In this document: piece by piece, positions 56,676-64,000 of the stretch
Numbering within the stretch: the first letter of the stretch is position 1
Layout of the letters: every line of letters starts with the position of its first letter
Assembly (NCBI GenBank): GCA_963664435.2
Contig: CAXXKM010000003.1
Coordinates: 1,600,001-1,664,000 of the forward strand
From: Longimicrobiales bacterium
GTDB lineage: Bacteria > Gemmatimonadota > Gemmatimonadetes > Longimicrobiales > Gaopeijiaceae
Reading direction: 5' to 3'
Length of the DNA: 64,000 bases
Made by a program: the position numbers and the translations under genes
Notes under the pieces: model-generated
Told to the model about the DNA's origin: nothing
The model's database searches: none
The model's input: the letters and a program-made list of their open reading frames with translations, nothing else

Positions 56676-58517
56676 TCAGCAGGAAACGCAGTTGTGGTTG
56701 TTGATGGCGCCCATGCCCTCGAGCAGCGCGATGGTCTCCGGGAAGGGCTGGATGCGCTGTACCGGGCCGTTGGCCATGTCGACCACGGTCTGGCCGCGCC
56801 GGCTCACCGCCATCACGTCGGCGCCCTTCTCCACCAGGTAGAGGATCAGATCGTTGTCGCCGCGCGCCGCCGCGAAGTGCAGCGGCGTGTACCCGTTGTG
56901 GTCGCGCGCGTTCACGTCGGCGCCGAGTTCCTCGACCAGCAGCTTCACCGAGGGCATCCAGCCGTTCGGGACGTGGATGTGCGACACGCCCGCGCGCCCC
57001 GCTCCGTCACCCCCGCTGTACCCCACCCCGGAGGCCGCGTGGATGGGGAACACGCCCGGACCGCCGGTGGGCACCGGGGGCAGACCCGACGGGTCGACGC
57101 GGTCGCCGCCTCCGCCGCCGTAGCCTCCGCGCCTGCGCGAGGGGGGCCGGCGGGTGGGAATGCCGGAATCCGCCCCGTACTGGAGCAGCAGCCGCATCGC
57201 CTTCTCGTCGGTGCCGTGGGCCGCCCGCCAGAAGGGGGTCGCGCCCCACATGTTCACGCTCAGCTGGGCGAAGTTGTACTCCAGGTACCAGAGGTGACGG
57301 TCCAGCTGGACGTTGGGATCGGCGCCCGCGTCGAGCAGCGCCTCCATCACCTCCAGGTGAGAAACCTCCTGCTGCTTGAATGCCTGCTGCTGGGGATAGC
57401 GCGTCTTGGGCGCGTACTGGGTGTTGACGACGGCGAAGAGGGGGGTCGCTCCGGAGAGGTCGGCCAGCCTGGGGTCGGCACCGCGCTCGAGCAGCTCGAG
57501 CATCAGGTCGAAATGTCCGTTGATGGCCGCGATCAGGAGCGGGCTGTTCTTCTCGCCCGCGCTCACCTGGTTGACGTCTGCGCCCGCGTCGAGCAGGGTG
57601 TGCACCACCTCCCGGTAGCCGTCGCGGCTGGCGTGCAGCAGCGCCGTGAGCCCGCCCTGGTTCCCCACCATCTCGTGGTACGAGAGGGCGTTGGTCTCGA
57701 GCAGCGCGAGCTGGTTCTCGGTCATCTGCTGCTCGGTGGCCTTGCCGATGATCTCCTCGGGAGAAAGCGCCTGCACCCGCCACGCCGCCTCCGAGGCCGC
57801 CTGTACCTGCTGCGGGGTGGGAGCCCACAGGCCCGGGTTGTCGGACTGCGCCCGGAACGACTCCAGCACCTCGTTGCGCGCCGCCCTGGCCGCCCTGTCC
57901 ACCGCGTAGCGGGTGGGCATGTGGAGCACGTTCTCGGTCAGCGAGACGTCCGCGCCCAGCTCGATCAGGGTGTTGACGGCAACCAGCCGGTTGAACCCGG
58001 CCGCGAAGATCAGCGGCGTCTGTCCCCACTGGTGGTCGCGCGCGTCGACCTCCGCTCCCGCGGCAGCCAGCGCCCGGAGCGACTCTCCGCTCCCGGCCTT
58101 GGCGGCCAGGTGCATTGCGGTGACCCCGGAGCGGGAGGTCGCCACGGCCGGATCGGCTCCCGCTTCCAGTAGCAGCGCGAGCACCTCGGCGTGCCCGCCG
58201 CGGGCCGCCATGTGCAGCGGGGTGTATGCGTCGTTGCGGGTCAGCGGAGCCAGGTTGGCCCCCGCGTAGATCAGCACCCTGGCCAACGCGGCGTCGCCGT
58301 TGTCCGCGGCCCAGTGAATGGCGGTCAGGCCGTCGCTCTGGGGGGCGTTCACATCGGCGCCGCTCCGGAGCAGCCCCCTCACCTCGTCCAGGTCGCCGCG
58401 CATGGCCGCGTCGGCCACGGGGGAGTCCGGGGGGGGGGCGGCGGTCGCAACCAGCAGCACCAGCAGCGCCGCAACCGCGTCAAGGCGGGGGCGCGCACTT
58501 CCTCGTACATCCTTCAT
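56676..58517 (-). CDS. Exported ankyrin-repeat protein with C-terminal CxxC
   Basis: GLTAIHWAA, TPLHMAA, TPLIFAA, TPLHFAA repeats; ends NNHNCVSC. Confidence 0.92.
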   Translation of the reverse strand: MKDVRGSARPRLDAVAALLVLLVATAAPPPDSPVADAAMRGDLDEVRGLLRSGADVNAPQSDGLTAIHWAADNGDAALARVLIYAGANLAPLTRNDAYTPLHMAARGGHAEVLALLLEAGADPAVATSRSGVTAMHLAAKAGSGESLRALAAAGAEVDARDHQWGQTPLIFAAGFNRLVAVNTLIELGADVSLTENVLHMPTRYAVDRAARAARNEVLESFRAQSDNPGLWAPTPQQVQAASEAAWRVQALSPEEIIGKATEQQMTENQLALLETNALSYHEMVGNQGGLTALLHASRDGYREVVHTLLDAGADVNQVSAGEKNSPLLIAAINGHFDLMLELLERGADPRLADLSGATPLFAVVNTQYAPKTRYPQQQAFKQQEVSHLEVMEALLDAGADPNVQLDRHLWYLEYNFAQLSVNMWGATPFWRAAHGTDEKAMRLLLQYGADSGIPTRRPPSRRRGGYGGGGGDRVDPSGLPPVPTGGPGVFPIHAASGVGYSGGDGAGRAGVSHIHVPNGWMPSVKLLVEELGADVNARDHNGYTPLHFAAARGDNDLILYLVEKGADVMAVSRRGQTVVDMANGPVQRIQPFPETIALLEGMGAINNHNCVSC

Positions 58518-58576
58518 CTCGCCTCCGGCGGTTTTCCTGATCGGCCCCTCGGCGAAGAGGGGCCGATCCGGGTTCG

Positions 58577-60001
58577 TCAGCTGCTGCTGGCCTGCGCCGC
58601 CAACGACGACGGCAAAGACAGGGCGAACTCTCCGGTGCTGTTCCCGAAGCCGTCCATGTCCTCGTGCCCCAGGGCGTGCAGCAGCGTAAGCATCGCGTTG
58701 GCCAGCGGGGTGCCGTCCGGCGCCTTCAGGTGCAGGCCGCCCTCCAGCTGTCCGTTGGCTCCGCCCAGCACGATGAAGGGCACCCGCTTGTGGTTGTGCA
58801 GGTTCGGGTCGCCCATCGCGGATCCGTAGAGGATCATGCTCTTGTCGAGCAGGTTCGAGTCGCCCTCCTCGATGCCCTTCAGCTTCTCCAGGAAGTAGGG
58901 AAGCGTGCTCACGTGGTAGCGGTTGATCAGGTTGAATTCCGAAACCGCCTCCGGGTTGCCCCCGTGGTGGGACGCCGGGTGGAAGGGCTTGTCGGTGCCG
59001 CTCTCCGGGAAGACCCGGGCCGAGGAGTCGCGCCCCATCTTGAAGGAGAAGACGCGCGTCATGTCGGACTGGAAGGCGAGCGCCTGCACGTCCCACATCT
59101 GCTCGACATGCTCACGGAAGGAATCCGGCACCCCGGCCGGCGCCTCGGGCAGCTCGCGGGACTCGCCGGTCCGGTTCTGCGCCTCGGTCATCTCGATGCG
59201 CCGCTCGAGCTCGCGGATGTTCTCCATGTAGCGCTCAAGGCGCGCCTGGTCCTCGAGCCCCAGCTCCGTCTTGAGGCGCGCGGCTCGCTCGGCCACCCAG
59301 TCCAGAATGCTCCGGTTCTCACGCCGCCGCGACACGCGCTCCTCCGGGGTGCCGCCCGCTCCGAAAAGCTGGTCGAAGGCAACCCGCGGGTCGCGGATGA
59401 CGGGCAGCGGCTCGGTGGGTGAGGCCCAACTGATCGAGTCGGTGTACACGCAGGTATAGCCGTACGCGCACCCGCCCGACTGATCCACGTTCTCGATGCA
59501 CAGCTGCATCGATGGAATGGGGGTGTCCTGGCCGAAACGCTGCGCGTACAACTGGTCCATCGACGCGCCGATGTACACGTCCGAGCCCTCGGTCTGCCTG
59601 GGGTGCGCCTGGGTCAGGTAGACGGCGCTGGTGCGGAAGTGGTCGCCCCCGATCTCCTTGGGCTGAAACGCCTCCGCCATCTGACAGTCCGTGTTGGACA
59701 CGATGGTGAGGTAGTCGCGGTAGGGCTCGAGCGAACTCAGCGCGCTCGCGCTCAGGTCGAAGCTGCGGCCCAACTCCGCGGGCGACCAAAGGTGCTGGGT
59801 CGCGCCCCAGTCGTTGGAGCCCGCCGCCCCGTGCACCATCTCGATGGCGACCAGGCGCGTCTTGTCGACCGCCGCCTTCACCTCCCTCCAGCGGCCGCCC
59901 GCCGGGACCATGGCGTCCAGAAGCGGCAGTCCCACCGCCACGCCCGCGGCTCCGCGCAGGAATGTTCGCCTGGGGATGTGCTTGCCCGTGATAAAGTTCA
60001 T
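58577..60001 (-). CDS. DUF1552 family Tat-exported protein
   Basis: PRRTFLRG...LPLLDAM, GDH, CAYGYTCVY, FHPASHH, GDPNLHNH. Confidence 0.92.
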   Translation of the reverse strand: MNFITGKHIPRRTFLRGAAGVAVGLPLLDAMVPAGGRWREVKAAVDKTRLVAIEMVHGAAGSNDWGATQHLWSPAELGRSFDLSASALSSLEPYRDYLTIVSNTDCQMAEAFQPKEIGGDHFRTSAVYLTQAHPRQTEGSDVYIGASMDQLYAQRFGQDTPIPSMQLCIENVDQSGGCAYGYTCVYTDSISWASPTEPLPVIRDPRVAFDQLFGAGGTPEERVSRRRENRSILDWVAERAARLKTELGLEDQARLERYMENIRELERRIEMTEAQNRTGESRELPEAPAGVPDSFREHVEQMWDVQALAFQSDMTRVFSFKMGRDSSARVFPESGTDKPFHPASHHGGNPEAVSEFNLINRYHVSTLPYFLEKLKGIEEGDSNLLDKSMILYGSAMGDPNLHNHKRVPFIVLGGANGQLEGGLHLKAPDGTPLANAMLTLLHALGHEDMDGFGNSTGEFALSLPSSLAAQASSS

Positions 60002-60190
60002 CGTCCAGCCCTCCAGAGGGAGTCAGTCCATGCCAACCATGCATAATAACCAGCGCGGGCTCCCGGCACCATCAAGCCGGGAGCCGCGCCGCAGTGCTCT
60101 CACACGAGCCCCGCCTTCGCCTCCGCGTGCCGGCTCCGGCGCACGAAGATCACTCTTTACCTAGACACCCGAGTCGTTCTCCGCGTTCGC

Positions 60191-61513
60191 TCAGCCGCCC
60201 AGGTTGGGGTTGCGGTTCACCTCGTTCTCGGCGATGGGGAAACAGGTCGCCGTCGGGGCCTCCGCGAAGAGGGGAGACAGCTCCTCCCACGCCGGGAAAG
60301 GTGCCTTGCCCGGCGAACCGTCGGCGGCCCAGCGGCGAAGGTCCACCAGACGGCGGCCCTCGAGCAGGCCTTCGATCATGCGCTCGGTCTTCAGGGCTGT
60401 CCACGCCGCTTCGAGACTCATGGCGTCCCACGGCGCCAGCGGCTCCCCGGTGTGATCGCTGATGTACATCGAGCGCACCTGGTTGATGAGCTCCATGCCG
60501 CCCGGGTAGTTGCCGTCGCGCAGCATTCCCTCCGCCCGGTAAAGAAGCATTTCGGTCCCGGTGCCGAGGTGGATCGGGGTTTCCGGATCCAGCCAGGTGA
60601 AGTTGCTCCACGGGACCTGGCCGAAACCCTGCAGCGACGCGTTGGCGAAGGGCTGGTCGGGGATCGTATGCCAGGCCACTCGGGGATCCCCGGATTCCGC
60701 GTAGTAGCCTGTGCCCGGGATGGTCACCGGAAGATCGCTGGCTTCGAGGGGCAGCAGCGAGCGGATGTTGGGCGGGGCCTGTTCACCGAAGAAGGTGAAG
60801 AGGAGCGTGAACTGCCGGTAGGGCTCGTCGGCGTTGGCCCAGCCGACCCTGCTGCGGGTCGCCTCGAAATCGGGATCCGGCCGCACCTCGAAGACGAAGT
60901 TGGGCGGCACCTGGGCGGCGTCGCTGAGCGCGCCTCCCCAGTCACCCTTCGCCACCCGAACCTGCGCGCGTCCCGCGTAGGCGGCGTTGCTCTGAGTGGT
61001 ATTCGCGGCTGCGCCCAGCGCCGCCGTGAAGTGCTGCTCCGCGGCGTCGAGCGCCGCGCCGGGGGGCTGGGGCGCGCCCGCGTCCTCCAGCCACTGGCAC
61101 CAGTTCTCGCCCAGAATTCGGTAGGTGTAGCCGGCCCAGATGTGCGCCTGGGCCAGGTTCTCGCCGGTCACACCCCTCTCCAGTGCGCTCTTCGCGATGA
61201 AGAGTGCCTGCTGCACGTTGTTCCAGTCCCCGTTCACGTCTTCGGGCGGGAGCGAGCCTCCCTGAATGCGCGGGCTGTGAGAGTTGGTGTCACCTCCGGG
61301 GAAGAGCACCCGCGTGATAACGGAGGTGGTGTAGAAGACGAAATTTGCGGTTTCGAGCACCATGCGCTCGGCTCCGCGAACCACCGCCGCGTGCGAGGTT
61401 TCGTCGTCGAGGAACTTGTCCTGCACCGGGCCGGGATTGGTCACTTCGCATGCTCCCGCAAACGCCACCAGCAGGAGCGCGGCCGCCATCAGTCGTCGGT
61501 TTGTCCTGGTCAT
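60191..61513 (-). CDS. RagB/SusD-like outer-membrane lipoprotein
   Basis: Lipobox AGAC; LYRAE, INQVR, ERMIEGLLEGRRLVDLRR, FPIAENEVNRNPN. Confidence 0.88.
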   Translation of the reverse strand: MTRTNRRLMAAALLLVAFAGACEVTNPGPVQDKFLDDETSHAAVVRGAERMVLETANFVFYTTSVITRVLFPGGDTNSHSPRIQGGSLPPEDVNGDWNNVQQALFIAKSALERGVTGENLAQAHIWAGYTYRILGENWCQWLEDAGAPQPPGAALDAAEQHFTAALGAAANTTQSNAAYAGRAQVRVAKGDWGGALSDAAQVPPNFVFEVRPDPDFEATRSRVGWANADEPYRQFTLLFTFFGEQAPPNIRSLLPLEASDLPVTIPGTGYYAESGDPRVAWHTIPDQPFANASLQGFGQVPWSNFTWLDPETPIHLGTGTEMLLYRAEGMLRDGNYPGGMELINQVRSMYISDHTGEPLAPWDAMSLEAAWTALKTERMIEGLLEGRRLVDLRRWAADGSPGKAPFPAWEELSPLFAEAPTATCFPIAENEVNRNPNLGG

Positions 61514-61527
61514 CGTCCGCCCTCCTC

Positions 61528-64000
61528 TTAGAACTGGATCCGGAGCGAGGCCCGGAAGCTGATGGGGATCGGGTTACGGGCCGCGATGGCCTGCGCGAGA
61601 TCCTGTCCTCCCTGGTTGCCGCGCATCTCCGGATCGAGGTAGGGCATCCTCTTCCACGTATAGGAGTTGTTGAGCGCGAGCGTGAGCAGCGCGCTGCTGA
61701 TCCGCTCGGGGAAGGCGAAGTCCACCGGCACCTGGGCACTCAGGCTGCGCAGTCTGAAGAAGTCCGCGTCCCAGGTCAGGTAGCCGGAGTCGATCAGGCT
61801 CGGCGTGCACCGGGCCCGCCAGAGTGCGGGCGTGCTGTCAAGGAGCGTGATGTTGGTGTTGTTTGCCTTGTCTTCGTAGTAGGGCCAGCAGAGCGGCATC
61901 TTGCCGCCCCGGCTGATGCCGCCCGGGTGCACGTTGGAGTCGCGCAGGAAGTGGCCGCCCTTGAACTCGCCGCTTGCGGAGATGAAGATCCCGCCCGGGA
62001 GACGCAGGCTCGTGCTGGGACCGATGTTGTGGGTCGGGAAGTTGGGGCCGTAGATGTGGTTCCGCTCACGGACCGGGTCCGCGATCTCGTCCGGATTGGC
62101 GACATAGTCGTCACGCACCACCGGAACCGGCTCTCCCTCGATGATCCAGGTTCCCTGGCTTGCCTGGAAGGACTGGGCACCCCCCAGATCGAGCACTTCG
62201 GACTTGTTGGTGGAGATGTTCAGGCCGAGGTTCCACTCGTAGTTGGCGCTCCGGTAGGGCGTGGTGTTGATCGCCACCTCGAAGCCCTCGTTCTTCAGTT
62301 CGCCGATGTTCTGCAGCTGGCTCGACTGGAAGCCGTTGGACGGGATCTGCAGCACCGGGAAGAGCGCGTCGGTCGTGAGCTGGCGGTAGAAGGTGAAGTC
62401 CACCGCCACACGATCGTCGATGAAGGACGCGTCGAAGCCCACCTCGGTCTCGGTGGTGACTTCGGGACCCAGGTCCGCATTGCCCAGGTTCTGCGGGAGG
62501 AAGGCGGGCCGGTCGTTCAGTCCCGCGGCCTCCCAGGTGCGCACGGCGTCGAACGCGCCCGGCGCGCGTCCCGACCTCCCCCAGGCGGCGCGCAGCTTCA
62601 GCGAACCCATTCCGGGGTCCCAGAAGTTCTCGTCGGAGAGCACCCAGGAACCGCTGATCTTGGGATAGACCTGAAGCCCGAAGCCCTCGCCGAAGGCGCT
62701 GTTGCCGTCGACGCGCACGCCGCCGGTGATGAAGTACTTGTTGTTGATGTCGAAGACGTTCTGGAAGAAGAAGCCCGCGTTCCAGACCTTCTCGCGCTGT
62801 TCGAACCCCTGCGTTGCGGCCGCAGAGTTGACGGTGGGTTCCTCCGCGCCCGGGAAGCCCTCGCCCCAGGCCTCTACCGTGTGTTCGTCGTCGCCCACGG
62901 CCTGACCGCCCCAGGAGAAGTTGGAGCGGATTCCCTCCATCAGGTTGAAGCTGTAGGTGCCGACATAGTCGAAGGTGATCAGGCGGTTCTGCCAGTGGTG
63001 GTTGAGCAGTGCGCCCCTGGGTCGGAAGCGGAACCCGAAGGGACGCAGGTTGCGCGAGTCCTGCTGCAGCCAGTCATAGCCGATGGTGAAGCGGTTGGTC
63101 AGGTCCGCCATCGGCGTGTAGGTGAAGGTGCCGCCGGTGGTGAAGCGGTCGATGGTGTGGCGGATGTCGAAGGCCAGCACGCTCGCCGCGATCACGTCCG
63201 GCGAGTCGTCGGTGAAGTAGTTGGCCTTGCCCCGGTAGACGTTGTGGCCGAGCCCCTGCGCGTTGCTCTGGGAGAGCTGCTGCGCGGACTCGCTCGAGTA
63301 CGCTGTGTTCCACTGGATCTGGAAGTTGGGAAGCGGCGTGAAGGTGAAGTTGCCGCGCGTGACCCACTCGTCGCTGAACTCGTTGGGCAGGTAGCCCTCC
63401 TGGTCGGAAAAGGCGCCGGAGACGAAGTACTGCAGGTTCTCAAGGCCGCCGCGCACCGAAGCGATGTAGTACTGGTTGTGTCCGGTCTTGATAAAGGGCT
63501 CCATGCGCAGATACGGGAAAGGCGAGTCCGGGTAGTTCCCGAACTTGCGGCTCCACACCGCGCCCTGCTGGCTCTCGAGCGTCCACTGGGGCGCGCCCAC
63601 GGACCCGCGCTTGGTGAAGATCTGGATCACGCCCGCCGAGGCCTCGGTGCCGTACAGCGTCGTCGCCGCAGAGCCCTTGATGATCTCTATGCGCTCGATG
63701 TCGTTGGGGTTGATGGAGTTGAGCGGCGTCTTGGAGGTGTTCGATCCGCGGATGCCGCGGTTGTCGGGGGCCGCCACGTGTGCCAGCGGCTCGCTCCGCA
63801 TGCGCACCCCGTCGATGTAGATGATGGGGTTGTTGCTCATCGAGACGCTCGAGTTGCCCCGCAGGCGAATCGCGGGCGCGACCCCCAGCTCACCGCCCGT
63901 CGCGCTCAGGTCGAGGCCCGGCGCCGCGCCCTGGAGCAGATCCACCATCTGCACGGGCTTGTCGGGCAGCTCGGTGACGTTGATCTGGGCGATGGAGTTG
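61528..64000 (-). CDS. SusC/RagA TonB-dependent receptor (5' end outside window)
   Basis: IRLRG, PIIYIDGV, NPNDIERIEIIKGSAATTLYG..ASAGVIQIFTK; C-terminal Phe. Confidence 0.95.
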   Translation of the reverse strand, partial: NSIAQINVTELPDKPVQMVDLLQGAAPGLDLSATGGELGVAPAIRLRGNSSVSMSNNPIIYIDGVRMRSEPLAHVAAPDNRGIRGSNTSKTPLNSINPNDIERIEIIKGSAATTLYGTEASAGVIQIFTKRGSVGAPQWTLESQQGAVWSRKFGNYPDSPFPYLRMEPFIKTGHNQYYIASVRGGLENLQYFVSGAFSDQEGYLPNEFSDEWVTRGNFTFTPLPNFQIQWNTAYSSESAQQLSQSNAQGLGHNVYRGKANYFTDDSPDVIAASVLAFDIRHTIDRFTTGGTFTYTPMADLTNRFTIGYDWLQQDSRNLRPFGFRFRPRGALLNHHWQNRLITFDYVGTYSFNLMEGIRSNFSWGGQAVGDDEHTVEAWGEGFPGAEEPTVNSAAATQGFEQREKVWNAGFFFQNVFDINNKYFITGGVRVDGNSAFGEGFGLQVYPKISGSWVLSDENFWDPGMGSLKLRAAWGRSGRAPGAFDAVRTWEAAGLNDRPAFLPQNLGNADLGPEVTTETEVGFDASFIDDRVAVDFTFYRQLTTDALFPVLQIPSNGFQSSQLQNIGELKNEGFEVAINTTPYRSANYEWNLGLNISTNKSEVLDLGGAQSFQASQGTWIIEGEPVPVVRDDYVANPDEIADPVRERNHIYGPNFPTHNIGPSTSLRLPGGIFISASGEFKGGHFLRDSNVHPGGISRGGKMPLCWPYYEDKANNTNITLLDSTPALWRARCTPSLIDSGYLTWDADFFRLRSLSAQVPVDFAFPERISSALLTLALNNSYTWKRMPYLDPEMRGNQGGQDLAQAIAARNPIPISFRASLRIQF

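Overview
High-GC bacterial chromosomal window. SusC/SusD, DUF1592/DUF1552/ankyrin genes, six-bladed beta-propeller lipoproteins and many secreted hydrolases suggest Gemmatimonadota (Longimicrobiales-like), possibly host- or sponge-associated; this is inference, not tested. Left to right: the left end of an IS3-family element with a -1 frameshift site; an M14 carboxypeptidase whose last 409 bp are duplicated around a 2.36-kb beta-propeller islet; housekeeping genes; a minus-strand operon (PTPS-folE-SDR-Trm112-like-TPR-OsmC-FadD-CutA) headed by an unannotated 6S-like RNA; asd, nfo and zinc-free rpsN/rpmE2; a copper/redox cluster (His-rich LVIVD propeller, accessory protein, multicopper oxidase, cytochrome c, PhoD, and a second multicopper oxidase carrying the accessory domain as an N-terminal fusion); a FitAB-like TA pair; a GCS2-CBS ligase; an iodotyrosine deiodinase-like gene coupled to an M28 peptidase; a sigma54-driven 55-aa ORF absent from the ORF track; pstSCAB1B2 with complementary degenerate ATPases; tRNA-Arg(CCG) directly behind rnpB; ggt; ferritin; a Phd antitoxin with a broken VapC; and a susC-susD-DUF1552-ankyrin...DUF1592 cluster. 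Best candidates for undescribed biology: the propeller/accessory-domain/MCO/cytochrome module, the asymmetric PstB pair, the 6S-like RNA plus BH4-type operon, and the sigma54 microprotein. All family calls are by eye from motifs; no searches were run.
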